From contig OY782829.1 of NCBI GenBank assembly GCA_963678385.1, forward strand, positions 781,397-845,396: 64,000 nt of DNA. The letters run 5' to 3'. Position numbers and translations under genes: made by a program. Each line of letters begins with the position of its first letter. Positions within the stretch are counted from its first letter, which is position 1. Shown here piece by piece: positions 48,300 to 58,281 of this stretch. The notes beneath the pieces were generated by a model. The model worked only from the letters and a program-made list of their open reading frames with translations, was not told the origin of the DNA and ran no database searches. The stretch is from Anaerovoracaceae bacterium. GTDB lineage: Bacteria > Bacillota > Clostridia > Peptostreptococcales > Anaerovoracaceae.

Positions 48300-48758
48300 A
48301 TGGGATATCAGTTTGAATTGACCGATGAAAGGGAACAGCCGGTGCTTTCCGTGCGGATAAGGACTGCGGTGGGGAATCTGCCGCAGGAGTTCGGAAGGAT
48401 CTACGGAGCGATCCTGCAGTATCTTGGGGAAATCGGTGAAACAACGGAGGGACCGGCCTTCGGGGCGTACTACAATATGGATATGGAAGACCTTGATGTG
48501 GAAATCGGCTTTATCATGCCAAAGGCGATCCAGGGGAATGGCGATGTTCAGGCGGGCAGCATTCCGGCAGGCAAACAGGCGTCCTGCATGTACAAAGGGG
48601 CTTACGACGACATGGCGCCGGTTTATAACGCCATGATGGAATGGATTGCGGAAAAGGGTCTGGAACCTACCGGCGTCAGCTATGAGTTTTACTACAACTC
48701 CCCTGCGGAAGTTCCGGTAAGTGAGCTGCTGACGAAAATTGTATTTCCGTTGAAGTAA
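48300..48758 (+). CDS. GyrI-like small-molecule-binding domain protein
   Basis: GPAFGAYYNMDMEDLDVEIGF, YKGAYD, YEFYYNSP; start at ATG 48300 behind AGGAGG. Confidence 0.85.
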   Translation: MGYQFELTDEREQPVLSVRIRTAVGNLPQEFGRIYGAILQYLGEIGETTEGPAFGAYYNMDMEDLDVEIGFIMPKAIQGNGDVQAGSIPAGKQASCMYKGAYDDMAPVYNAMMEWIAEKGLEPTGVSYEFYYNSPAEVPVSELLTKIVFPLK

Positions 48759-48793
48759 ATTATAGAACCATCATCTGTGAAAGGAAAAATGCC

Positions 48794-49723
48794 ATGGATG
48801 TTTTGGAATGGCTGCTGGAACCGGACGATCCTTCGGTGCGTTACAGAACTCTTGTTGAGCTGTTGGACAAGGGCGGAAGGTCGGAAGCAGAGGAAGCGAG
48901 AAAAACAATCGCCGATTCTGAGCCGGTAAAAAAACTGATGGAGACGATGCATCCCGACGGTTACTGGCTGCAGAAGGATTATAAGGGCAGAAACTTAGGC
49001 ATGGATGTTGAGTACGGCAGCTTTGCTACAACTCATTTTTGCCTGGCTTACTGTGCGGAGCTGGGTTTGGATCGCAGCTACTCCTTTGTAGACAAGGCGG
49101 CTAAGCGGTATCTCGGACTGCAGAAAGAGGACGGGGACTGGTGGGAGCATCTCTCCTGTCTGTACGGATACAACCTCAGAACTTTCATTCTGCTTGGCTA
49201 TCGGGATGATAAGCGGGTCGGGAAAGCCATTGATTTGATGCTGCAGACAACCAGACCGGACGGCGGATATCTGTGCGGCCTGCATGAAAAAAGAAAAGGG
49301 AAACCGGAGAAAAGCTGCGTCCGGGGGGCAGCTAAAGCTCTCCTCGCTTTTGCCGAGCTGCCGGAATATTGGAACCATGAGAGGTGCCTGCAGTTGGTCG
49401 ATTACTTTATGAACCGGAACGGGATTTTCCGAAACGGTGATCACCAAAGCTTCGTCAACAAAGATATGATTTCGGATTCCTTCCCCATTATCTGGAGAAC
49501 GAATGTCTGGGAGATCCTTTACGGGCTTTCGAAAATGGGTTACGGAAAAGATGAACGGCTTGCCGATGCCTGGAAGGTGATGGAGAGCAGAAAAGACGCC
49601 GACGGCAGATATGTCCTTGACTGGACGCCGGCACAGAGCCCTTGGAAGGCCGGAATGCGGGGAGAGCCGAGCAAATGGATCACCCTGTACTGTATGCTGG
49701 CTGAAAAATATCGCGATAATTAA
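48794..49723 (+). CDS. Hypothetical alpha-alpha barrel (prenyltransferase/squalene-cyclase-like repeats)
   Basis: WLLEPDDPSVRYRTL, Q..DG.W-type repeats (HPDGYW, QKEDGDW, RPDGGY). Confidence 0.6.
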   Translation: MDVLEWLLEPDDPSVRYRTLVELLDKGGRSEAEEARKTIADSEPVKKLMETMHPDGYWLQKDYKGRNLGMDVEYGSFATTHFCLAYCAELGLDRSYSFVDKAAKRYLGLQKEDGDWWEHLSCLYGYNLRTFILLGYRDDKRVGKAIDLMLQTTRPDGGYLCGLHEKRKGKPEKSCVRGAAKALLAFAELPEYWNHERCLQLVDYFMNRNGIFRNGDHQSFVNKDMISDSFPIIWRTNVWEILYGLSKMGYGKDERLADAWKVMESRKDADGRYVLDWTPAQSPWKAGMRGEPSKWITLYCMLAEKYRDN

Positions 49724-49782
49724 GGGCTATACAGAAAGCGCCTGCCTGGGTATTCATTATCCCTGGCAGGCGCGCTTTACTT

Positions 49783-51147
49783 CTATTTCATTAATTTTCG
49801 GATCATCTTGAAATTCTTTTCCGTATACGGGTGATATCGCATCGGCAGGTCGATCCAGGTCGACTTCCGGACGATGCTCCGGTAATGGGTGAAGGTATCG
49901 AAGCTGAGCTTGCCGTGATAGCTGCCCATACCGGAATAGCCGACGCCTCCGAAGCCCATGCGCGGGTTGGCCAGGTGAATGATGGTATCGTTGATGCAGC
50001 CGCCGCCGAAGGAGCAGGAATCCAGGATACGCTTCTCGACTGCCCGGCTTTCCGTAAAGAGATAGAATGCCAGTGGCCTCGGGCGGGATCGGATGAATTT
50101 GATGCACTCGGAGAGATCGGTATAAGTAATCAGCGGCAGAATCGGTCCGAAAATCTCTTCCTGCATAATCGGAGAGTCCGGGGTAATGCCCGTCAGCACG
50201 GTGGGCTCGATAAACCGTCTCGACTCATCGATCCCTCCGCCGATCACGGCCTTCTCGCCCTTCAGCAAACGCGACACGCGCTGGAAATGCTTATCACTGA
50301 TGATAACCGGCATTTCGGACATGTCTCCGCGGGGGAAGAATTCCGTGAGTGCCTTTTTATATTCCTCCAAAAACCGGTCCTTGACGGTTTCATGGATCAG
50401 CAGATAATCGGGCTCCACGCAGGTCTGACCTGCGTTCAGCACCTTACCGAAGGCGATCCTCTTCGCGGCCAGCTTCAGGTTTGCCGTTTCGTCAACGATG
50501 ACGGGGCTTTTTCCGCCGAGTTCCAGAGTGACAGGAGTCAGGTGCTTCGCCGCCGCTTCCATGACAACCTTTCCGACCTCAACGCTGCCGGTGAAGAAGA
50601 TATAGTCGAAGGCCTCCTCCAGGAGCGCGTTGTTCTGCTCCCTGCCGCCCTCTATTACAGTAAGGTATTCGGGCGGAAAGGTATCGCCGATGATTTTGGC
50701 GATGGCGGCGCTTGTGGCAGGGGCGTAGGCCGAGGGCTTTATGACGGCGCAGTTTCCGCCGGAGATCGCGCCGACGACCGGCTCAAGACAGAGCTGGAGC
50801 GGATAGTTCCAGGGCGACATGATCAGAGCCACGCCGAAAGGCTCCGGTACGACGAAGCTCTTTGCATGGAACTGTGTAATGGGCGTGCGAACATTTTTTG
50901 TTCGGATCCAGCGGGGCAGGTGCTTCAGATGAAAGCGGATCTCGTCCAATACCATTCCGGTCTCGGTCATATATGACTCGAAAGGGGATTTGTTCAGATC
51001 GGACTTCATCGCTTTTGCAATGAGATCTTCATTGCTCTGCAGGGATTTTTGGAGCTTACGGAGAGCTTCCGTCCGGAAAGCCAGCGGCCGCGTCGCTCCG
51101 CTTTGAAAATACTCGCGCTGACGCGCGATCAAGGAGTCAAAATTCAT
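49783..51147 (-). CDS. Aldehyde dehydrogenase, class-3/fatty ALDH-like
   Basis: PWNYP, IFFTGS, TLELGGKSP, NAGQTCV.PD, EEIFGP. Confidence 0.92.
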   Translation of the reverse strand: MNFDSLIARQREYFQSGATRPLAFRTEALRKLQKSLQSNEDLIAKAMKSDLNKSPFESYMTETGMVLDEIRFHLKHLPRWIRTKNVRTPITQFHAKSFVVPEPFGVALIMSPWNYPLQLCLEPVVGAISGGNCAVIKPSAYAPATSAAIAKIIGDTFPPEYLTVIEGGREQNNALLEEAFDYIFFTGSVEVGKVVMEAAAKHLTPVTLELGGKSPVIVDETANLKLAAKRIAFGKVLNAGQTCVEPDYLLIHETVKDRFLEEYKKALTEFFPRGDMSEMPVIISDKHFQRVSRLLKGEKAVIGGGIDESRRFIEPTVLTGITPDSPIMQEEIFGPILPLITYTDLSECIKFIRSRPRPLAFYLFTESRAVEKRILDSCSFGGGCINDTIIHLANPRMGFGGVGYSGMGSYHGKLSFDTFTHYRSIVRKSTWIDLPMRYHPYTEKNFKMIRKLMK

Positions 51148-51188
51148 GATATTCCTCCGTTAAGGTTGTTCCTGTCGGCAGCTGATTT

Positions 51189-51980
51189 CTAAGTCAGCAT
51201 GCCCTGAAGAACCGCCATATAGTCGTTGAGATAGCAGGCGTATTCGGGGCTTCCGATCGTTTCCACGTAGCCCTTTTCCACGGCTTCCACAAATTCTACG
51301 TCCTTGAGCAGCACCGCCATGGCGCCCTCGACGCTGAGGAAACGGAAATGGACGAAGGGGCTTCGGCGGGTATATACGCCGTGTCCTGATTTTGATTTTC
51401 CCGCCTTGATGCGGAGGTAGCAGGCGATAAACGCGCTATCATCGCCGTTCTCGACGGTGAACTGATAGATCCGGTCCGGCTGCCGCTGGCAGAACTCCTG
51501 CATGCTTGGGTCTCCCAGCTTGTTGTACTGGGAGAGGGCGCGGGTGATCATGTATAAACTCATTTTAACCTTGAGGCTCTTTCCTGTAAAGTCCTTTGGC
51601 CGCTTGGAGGGCGACATGATCGTCAATCCCATCAGCAGCGCGAGCACTTTTGTGAGGAGGCCGAAGTTTTTCAGCCCCTTGACAGAGGGCATGGCCAAAC
51701 CGCCCTTCAACAGGGCGTTCATTTTTTGGACAGAAGGGAAGGTCAAAGAGATATCCGGATTTGCCACCGGCCCCTGAAAGACGGTAACCGTACCGTGATC
51801 GAAAACGAGGTGGCAGGCAAGGAGTTCGCCGTCGTTCTTCGCGCCAAACTGAACGACGCCGGCGACGTCTTTGAACTTTTCTTTTATTTTCGGATCGTCA
51901 TCCAGAAGAACCTGCATGACGGGAAAGGCCGCGTTGAAAAACAGCTTTGCGGTCATGATATCCTGAGGCGTTGCAGACAT
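51189..51980 (-). CDS. Hypothetical protein with two putative SCP2/sterol-carrier-like domains
   Basis: Two repeats of QF...(A)C.L....G......G....P.....F....M..LL.G/K pattern; fold assignment by eye. Confidence 0.55.
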   Translation of the reverse strand: MSATPQDIMTAKLFFNAAFPVMQVLLDDDPKIKEKFKDVAGVVQFGAKNDGELLACHLVFDHGTVTVFQGPVANPDISLTFPSVQKMNALLKGGLAMPSVKGLKNFGLLTKVLALLMGLTIMSPSKRPKDFTGKSLKVKMSLYMITRALSQYNKLGDPSMQEFCQRQPDRIYQFTVENGDDSAFIACYLRIKAGKSKSGHGVYTRRSPFVHFRFLSVEGAMAVLLKDVEFVEAVEKGYVETIGSPEYACYLNDYMAVLQGMLT

Positions 51981-51995
51981 TATAATCCCCCTCCT

Positions 51996-53009
51996 TTACT
52001 CGTCATCCCAGTTTTCATCTTCTTCAAATTCCAGCCCGACCATGCCGCGGACCTGGTCGATGATGCCGTTGGCGTCAAGCCCGTAGTGGGCGTACAGGTC
52101 TTCCGCGTAGCCGATGGTTGAAAACTCGTCATAGATCCCATGCTTTTTAAAGACGCAGCCCTTACCGCTTTCGGCGATGACACAGCCGACGGCGTCTCCA
52201 AGACCGCCGATAACGTTATGCTCCTCAATGGTGAGAATACGGCGGGTATCGGTCACTGCTTTCAGGATCGCTTCCCGGTCGATGGGCTTGATGGTATGCA
52301 TATTGATGACGCGGACGGAAAGACCGTCCTGTTCCGACAGCGTTTTCGCCGCCTGAACGGCCTGCAGCACCGCAATGCCGCAACAGATGATGGTAAAGTC
52401 GGTGCCTTCCCGCATGGTGATGGCCTTGCCTATTTCAAAATCATAATGATCGTTCTCGTAGCATGGCGGTTCGAAGCCCCGGCCGATACGGATATAGACC
52501 GGACCCGGCGTTTCAACACAGGCCTGAACTGCCTTGGAGGTCTCGATTCCGTCGGCGGGACAAATCACTGTCATGTTGGCGATGGAACGCATGACGGCGA
52601 AGTCTTCCGTACAGTGGTGCGTCGTTCCGGCGTGGCCGAAGGAAATCCCGGCATGCGTCGCAATGATCTTCACCGGCAGGTTCTGATATGCAATGTCGGT
52701 TCGGACCTGTTCGCCGCCTCTCAGGCAGGAGAAAACTGCCATGGTGGAAGCAAAGGGGATCAGCCCGGCCTTTGCAAGCCCGGCTGCAATTCCGAACATG
52801 TTCTGCTCAGCGATGCCTACGTTGAAAAACCGGTCGGGAAACGCATTTGCAAAGTGCACGATGGCAGTGGTCTTCGCTAGGTCTGCGGTGACTCCGACGA
52901 TCTTATCGTTCTGTTTGCCCAGCTCCGCAAGGGTCCGGCCGTAGATCTCCTTGGCGGACATGGTGGCGGCGTCGTAGGCGTTCCAGTTGGTTCCGGTTAC
53001 TACTGTCAT
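51996..53009 (-). CDS. Transketolase-like, C-terminal (pyrimidine-binding + C) subunit
   Basis: ADLAKT, NVGIAEQNM, GTTHHCTED, GPVYIR, TIKPID, EEHNVIGGLG. Confidence 0.92.
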   Translation of the reverse strand: MTVVTGTNWNAYDAATMSAKEIYGRTLAELGKQNDKIVGVTADLAKTTAIVHFANAFPDRFFNVGIAEQNMFGIAAGLAKAGLIPFASTMAVFSCLRGGEQVRTDIAYQNLPVKIIATHAGISFGHAGTTHHCTEDFAVMRSIANMTVICPADGIETSKAVQACVETPGPVYIRIGRGFEPPCYENDHYDFEIGKAITMREGTDFTIICCGIAVLQAVQAAKTLSEQDGLSVRVINMHTIKPIDREAILKAVTDTRRILTIEEHNVIGGLGDAVGCVIAESGKGCVFKKHGIYDEFSTIGYAEDLYAHYGLDANGIIDQVRGMVGLEFEEDENWDDE

Positions 53010-53022
53010 AGTTCACACCCCC

Positions 53023-53853
53023 TTAACCTTTCATGATGGAAGCCTTGGCCTTCTCGCATACAGCCGAGTCGCCGGAGGCATAGTGGTATACAACGTTGTT
53101 TTCCATAAAATCGATGCCCTTGCCCTTTACCGTATTGGCGAGGATCAGAACGGGTTTCTCTTCCGCCGACCAAGCCTTGTCAAAGGCGAAGGCCAGTTGG
53201 TCGAAATCGTGACCGTTGATCTCGATTACTTCAAAGCCAAAGGCGCGCCATTTTTCAGCAAAAGGTTCCAGCTTCATGATATCTTCGGTAAATCCGTCGA
53301 TCATCAGTCCGTTGCGGTCGACGACGGTAATCACGTTGGTGAGCTTAAAGTTGGAAAGGGCCATGGCGGCTTCCCAAACGCTGCCTTCGCAGCATTCGCC
53401 GTCCCCCATTAGGCAGACTGTTTTGTAGGTCTTGCCGAGATAGCGGGAGCCGAGCCCAAGTCCCACAGCCATAGAAAGCCCGTGGCCGAGCGAACCGGTC
53501 GAGGCGTCACAGCCGATCACCTTGTTGCAGTCCGGATGCATGGCGAAGGGACTGCCGAAATGGTTAAAGGATTTCAGCTGCTCTTCCGGGAAAAAGCCTC
53601 TCTTGGCAAGGGCCGGTATGTAACCTGCGGCGCAGTGGCCTTTTGAAAGGATGAAACGATCCCGGTCGTCCCATTTCGGGTTTTCGGGATCCACGTTGAG
53701 ATACTTGAAATAAAGGATCGTGAGGATGTCGGCAATACTCAGGGAACCGCCGATGTGGGCGCCGCCGGACCATGCCATGACGTCTACGATGGTCAACCGC
53801 AGTTCGCGCGCCATTTCAAGCAGCATATTCTTTTCATTTTGGGTGAGTGGCAT
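53023..53853 (-). CDS. Transketolase-like, N-terminal TPP-binding subunit
   Basis: HIGGSLS, RDRFILSKGH, STGSLGHG, GDGE...EGSVWEA...VDRN, TVKGKG. Confidence 0.92.
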   Translation of the reverse strand: MPLTQNEKNMLLEMARELRLTIVDVMAWSGGAHIGGSLSIADILTILYFKYLNVDPENPKWDDRDRFILSKGHCAAGYIPALAKRGFFPEEQLKSFNHFGSPFAMHPDCNKVIGCDASTGSLGHGLSMAVGLGLGSRYLGKTYKTVCLMGDGECCEGSVWEAAMALSNFKLTNVITVVDRNGLMIDGFTEDIMKLEPFAEKWRAFGFEVIEINGHDFDQLAFAFDKAWSAEEKPVLILANTVKGKGIDFMENNVVYHYASGDSAVCEKAKASIMKG

Positions 53854-54086
53854 TATGTACTCCTCCTTATATACGAATTATCAATGTCGGGCGGGTTGAA
53901 AAGCGACGAATTGAGCCGCTTTTACTCTACTATAAATATAGAATTGCGCTATCTTTTAGTCTAGTAAAAAACGGAACTCATGCCGTTCAAATCGGCAGGG
54001 AATATGACAGGCAGCTGTCATGTTTCTGTGATATAATGACGATGTTACATGATATACTATTTCCAATAGGGGAAGGGGAGTTTTGG

Positions 54087-54701
54087 ATGTTCATAAATAC
54101 AAAAGATTATTTATTGAATTTCATGAAGGGGCAGAATCTTCCGGCGGAAGGGGTTCAATTGCCGGAAGCGGTTATCGATCCGGACCTTATTCAGGTAGTT
54201 ATGATCAGCGAGGCGCCGCCTCATGACTCGAACGACTATTTTTACAGCAGGGCCGAGAACGCCGACAGTATGAAAACGACATTGCCGCTGTTTCAGAACG
54301 CCGGGGTTAGTGTAAAAGGAATCGACGATATCCTGCAATTAGGAATCTATATAACAACTGCAGTAAAAACCCCAAAGTCCGGATATGACGTTGATCCGGA
54401 AAAGCTTAGGGAGCATCTGCCGGTATTGGAGCATGAAATAGAGATGCTCCCGAATGTCAAAGTCATAATGCTGATGGGAGACGTTGCGAAGAAAGCATTT
54501 AACATGATAGCGAAAAACAGGACTAGGAAAAATGCGATTCCGTCCGGCTCCACCTACAAAATCCGTAATGACGAGTTTTATTACGGAAAGGTTCGCGTTT
54601 TTCCGTCTTACATTATGACCGGCGGAAATATTTTGATCGAAAAATCAAAATGTGCGATGATCTCGGATGATATCAGACGTATGATGGAGTATCTAAAATA
54701 A
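54087..54701 (+). CDS. Uracil-DNA glycosylase superfamily protein
   Basis: MISEAPP motif, YITTAVK, IMLMGDVA; start at ATG 54087 behind GGGGAG. Confidence 0.7.
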   Translation: MFINTKDYLLNFMKGQNLPAEGVQLPEAVIDPDLIQVVMISEAPPHDSNDYFYSRAENADSMKTTLPLFQNAGVSVKGIDDILQLGIYITTAVKTPKSGYDVDPEKLREHLPVLEHEIEMLPNVKVIMLMGDVAKKAFNMIAKNRTRKNAIPSGSTYKIRNDEFYYGKVRVFPSYIMTGGNILIEKSKCAMISDDIRRMMEYLK

Positions 54702-54720
54702 AGGAAGGGGGCGGCACCAG

Positions 54721-55113
54721 ATGGAGATCAGGAAATACACTGAGTTTGACACGGCGAAGCTGTTTGATATGATGATGGAGGAGGGCGCGGATTGGGAGTG
54801 CTATTGGGGAGAAGCCGGGGCGGAAAGGTATAAAGCGTCGTTGGCAAGTTCTTCGACCTATGTGGCATATGAGGGCGGTTCCTTGTGCGGTTATTTGCGA
54901 TTTAAGGAGGACAATGGTTTCGGCATCTTCGTATACGACCTTCTGGTCACGAAATCCTGCCGCGGACGCGGGATCGGCAAGAAGCTGATCGAGCAGGTTA
55001 GTTCCGATTATCCGGATGAGGATACCTATGTAATGAGCGGCGCAGACGGGTATTATGAAAAACTTGGATACAGCCGGGAAGGCTCGATCTTTAAGGTGAT
55101 ACCCCGTGGGTAA
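54721..55113 (+). CDS. GNAT acetyltransferase
   Basis: LLV...CRGRGIGKKLI, YYEKLGY. Confidence 0.88.
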   Translation: MEIRKYTEFDTAKLFDMMMEEGADWECYWGEAGAERYKASLASSSTYVAYEGGSLCGYLRFKEDNGFGIFVYDLLVTKSCRGRGIGKKLIEQVSSDYPDEDTYVMSGADGYYEKLGYSREGSIFKVIPRG

Positions 55114-55198
55114 CCGGTTCCTGATAGATTCATGGAAACCGGTTCTTTGAAAATCTTACGCTTCTGGTATGATGAATTACCAGAAGGGGTGATTAAAT

Positions 55199-56368
55199 AT
55201 GAACAGTCTCAGCAAGAGTCGGAATCAAATCTTATTTTTTACAGCATTGCTGCTCTCCGCGTTCGGATATGAATTTGTTTATTTTATCATGACGCTGCAT
55301 ATCTATGATTTAAGCAAAAGTGCGCTGAATATCGGCGTTTTCACATCGCTGACCTATATCCCGAAGCTGTTTTCTTCATGGATAGGCGGTTTGTCCGACA
55401 AGGTGGGCAAGGCCAGGTGCTTCGCCTTTTCGGCATTGATGACCGCTCTGCTGCTGCTGCTCATGTCATCTGCTTCCGACATAAGATGGATATATATCAT
55501 CTGGTTTGTCGTATCGATATTCTTTACGGTGATCATCAATACGAGGGGCTCACTGATGGCCGAGATCGTCACGAAGGAGAATTATACTTCCGGAAACGCT
55601 CTGGCGCTGTCTCTGCTGAATACGGCAAAGCTGCTGGGCCCCTTCTTTGGCGGACTGATCGTTATGCTCCTGGATATCAAGCCGTTGCTTATCTTTACGT
55701 TTTTCGTGTACGTCGTTACGGCCGCCGGCTCTTTTTTTATCGGCGCGGAGGCGGATTCTGACAGAAACGCGCAGACAAGCTTTCTGGAAAACGCCAAAAG
55801 CGGTATGCGGTTTATTTCAAAGAGCAGCGAGCTGCGCAAACTCACCTTGATCGCCTTCTTCTGGCGCCTTTTTTTAGGGATGCAGCTCTCTCTTTTCGTT
55901 ATTTATATAAAATCCGAACTGCATGCTACCGATGCTCAATACGGCTTTTTTATAACACTTATGGGGATCGGATGCTTTGCCGGAAGCGTGCTGGGGCCGT
56001 TCGCAGCCAGGCATATAAAGCAGTCCCGGTTGGTCCCGGCCGGACTCAGCCTTCATTACGCATCCTTTGCTGCGTTGGGTATGTGTAAAAATTACTATTT
56101 ATCTCTGGCAATCATCGCCGCGAGCTATATGGTCTTTTACATAACCCTGGTCACGATGCATTCGGTCAGGGATCAAGTAACGGCAGTAGGTATACGAGGC
56201 AGCGTTTACGGAACGGTCACAACGCTGCTTACGCCGCCCGCCATACTGTCTATGCTCGCGGGGAGTTATCTGACAGATCAATTTAGCGTATCGGCTGTGT
56301 TGTTCGCTTCCGGTCTGTGTGCTATGGTCAGCCTGTTTCTTATTCTATTTTTCAGCAGAGGGAAGTGA
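55199..56368 (+). CDS. MFS transporter
   Basis: About 12 TM, GGLSDKVGK loop, AKLLGPFFGG. Confidence 0.88.
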   Translation: MNSLSKSRNQILFFTALLLSAFGYEFVYFIMTLHIYDLSKSALNIGVFTSLTYIPKLFSSWIGGLSDKVGKARCFAFSALMTALLLLLMSSASDIRWIYIIWFVVSIFFTVIINTRGSLMAEIVTKENYTSGNALALSLLNTAKLLGPFFGGLIVMLLDIKPLLIFTFFVYVVTAAGSFFIGAEADSDRNAQTSFLENAKSGMRFISKSSELRKLTLIAFFWRLFLGMQLSLFVIYIKSELHATDAQYGFFITLMGIGCFAGSVLGPFAARHIKQSRLVPAGLSLHYASFAALGMCKNYYLSLAIIAASYMVFYITLVTMHSVRDQVTAVGIRGSVYGTVTTLLTPPAILSMLAGSYLTDQFSVSAVLFASGLCAMVSLFLILFFSRGK

Positions 56369-56395
56369 TTTCACGGTTTTCGGACAGAATAAGCC

Positions 56396-56441
56396 GGAAA
56401 ACGTTATAACGACAGATGCGTTGTAACGTTTTCCGTTTTTT
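56396..56441 (+). terminator. Terminator after MFS gene
   Basis: ggaaaacgttataacg / cgttgtaacgttttcc plus T run. Confidence 0.75.
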
Positions 56442-56579
56442 ATTGTATTCAATGATAAATCTCAGTTCCGGATTGGAAATTTCCCTTCATTGGTTCCAGA
56501 TATTAGCGGGACAATATCAGAAAAAAATATAAAAAGACCCTTGCATAATTCCCGAAGGTAAATTATAATGAGCATAACT

Positions 56580-56600
56580 TAACATATTAACATGTTAATA
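56580..56600. promoter_or_regulatory. Operator candidate at the murQ-operon promoter
   Basis: taacatattaacat(gttaa); exact 14-bp reverse complement at 63955-63968. Confidence 0.55.
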
Positions 56601-56648
56601 TAATATTTCGCATAGAATAAAAGCGAGAGACGAATAGGAGGTGAAGAT

Positions 56649-57587
56649 TTGGAAATCGTTAATTACAGTCAGCGTCATGAAGCGGAAGTCGTCGATTTAT
56701 GGAACAAAACCCTGACTGCAGACCCGATTACAGTATATAAATTTCGAAAACAGGCTCTGTTTGACGACAATTTTGACACGGATCTATGTTATGTCGCATT
56801 GGAAAAAGAGTACGTAACCGGATTTCTGCTTGCGACCAAAAGGAAGTTCCCGTATCTCGAAAGAGGTTTGGAACCGACCCGGGGCTGGATCAACGTGATG
56901 TTCGTTGATGAGGCGCATCAAAAGCGAGGAACCGGCGAGGCCTTGGTAAAAAAGGCCGAGGAAAAGCTGAAGTCCATGGGCGCCGAATCCATTACGCTGG
57001 CAGCCTACAGCCCGAATTATTTCTTCCCCGGAATCGACGCGGAAAATTATTCGGCGGCTAAGGAGTTCTTTGAAAAAATGGGCTATCAGGCGGGAAAGGA
57101 AAGCTACTCAATGTGTAAAGACCTGCATGGTTACCGAATCGGCAGGGATACGCTGGATAAAAAAGCCAAGGCCGAGGAAGCCGGATACCGCTTCATCAAT
57201 TTTGAATACAAATACGCTTTGGAACTGCTGGAGTTTTTAAAGGAAGAATTCGGCGGAGGCTGGAAACGAAATGCACTGATTTCGATGCAGAACAATACAG
57301 CAGAAGACTGCATCCTGCTGGTATTGGACCGCGAAGAGAAAATGGCAGGTTTCTGTATGAGGATGATCGACGGCAATCCCATGCGCTTCGGGCCCATCGG
57401 CGTCAAAGCGGATACGAGAAATTATGGGATCGGAGGCATCCTGTTCGACATCATGCAGCTTGAGATGGAAAAAAGGGGAATTTATCACCTCTACTTTGTC
57501 TCCACGGACGAGCCGGGCAGAAGATTTTACGAGAGACATGGCGTAACGGTCTTCAGGACGTTTACAGATTATCAGAAAGCAATTTAG
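56649..57587 (+). CDS. Tandem-GNAT acetyltransferase
   Basis: Two acetyl-CoA motifs: HQKRGTGEAL and TRNYGIGGIL; FGPIGV. Confidence 0.85.
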   Translation: MEIVNYSQRHEAEVVDLWNKTLTADPITVYKFRKQALFDDNFDTDLCYVALEKEYVTGFLLATKRKFPYLERGLEPTRGWINVMFVDEAHQKRGTGEALVKKAEEKLKSMGAESITLAAYSPNYFFPGIDAENYSAAKEFFEKMGYQAGKESYSMCKDLHGYRIGRDTLDKKAKAEEAGYRFINFEYKYALELLEFLKEEFGGGWKRNALISMQNNTAEDCILLVLDREEKMAGFCMRMIDGNPMRFGPIGVKADTRNYGIGGILFDIMQLEMEKRGIYHLYFVSTDEPGRRFYERHGVTVFRTFTDYQKAI

Positions 57588-57595
57588 GAGAAAAT

Positions 57596-58276
57596 ATGAG
57601 TGAGATAAAACGAGTTGTAAGCATTGGAGCGCATTCGCTGGACGCCGAGATCCTGGGCGGGCCGCTCATGCTGAAATATGCGGAGGCGGGAGCACATTGC
57701 ACCTATATCCACGTGACACAGGGCCGGCTGGAGGATCCCAATGCCACGGAAGAAGAAAAAGAGGTATATTTGAAGGAGCTGCTGAACCAGAACCGCCGGG
57801 CAGCGGAAAAGCTGAACGGAGATACGATCTGGCTCGGGTATGTTTCAAGCAATATGCCGTCCCTGGAGGATTTTGCAGCCAGGCTGGAGAAGTATTTCAC
57901 CGATGAGAAGGTGGATCTTGTCATAACCCATTGGCGCGGCTCCATGCATCCCAGGCATGTCAACACCCACGACGCTGTGGTCACGGCAGTGAAGAGACTT
58001 CGGGAGAAAGGGAGCTCCATAAGACTGGTCTACGGCGAAAATTTCGAGGACCTTGTGGGCTTCGTTCCCCAGGCGTATTTCAAGCTGGAACAGCAGGAGG
58101 TCGATCTGTGGTATTCAGCCCTCAGCGAGTACTCCGTATTCCAGGGAGAAATCAACGACTTCCCTTACCTTCCATATTATTCGACCATGGGAAAGGTGCG
58201 GCAGATCGAATCCAACAGCAGCGGCTACACCGTCGCGTATATGTACGCAAGTTTGATTGAAAATGTTTTGTGGTGA
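57596..58276 (+). CDS. PIG-L/LmbE family de-N-acetylase
   Basis: GAHSLDAE, VITHW, HPRH. Confidence 0.82.
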   Translation: MSEIKRVVSIGAHSLDAEILGGPLMLKYAEAGAHCTYIHVTQGRLEDPNATEEEKEVYLKELLNQNRRAAEKLNGDTIWLGYVSSNMPSLEDFAARLEKYFTDEKVDLVITHWRGSMHPRHVNTHDAVVTAVKRLREKGSSIRLVYGENFEDLVGFVPQAYFKLEQQEVDLWYSALSEYSVFQGEINDFPYLPYYSTMGKVRQIESNSSGYTVAYMYASLIENVLW

Positions 58277-58281
58277 AAGAA

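Noticed and set aside
47932-48321. 31-aa Cys-containing peptide per repeat unit (MKHASTPLACYNKSTILGDCINAIYCSFAER) and the 61-aa ORF at 48136
   Set aside because: TTG starts, and both differences between copies are non-synonymous, which fits RNA/DNA structure better than coding; not fully excluded without Ribo-seq
49831-50976. Long alternative-strand ORFs (381 aa here; also 18815-19768, 46962-47783, 52140-52880)
   Set aside because: They lie opposite well-supported genes, have no RBS or recognisable motifs, and are expected shadows of GC3-rich coding sequence
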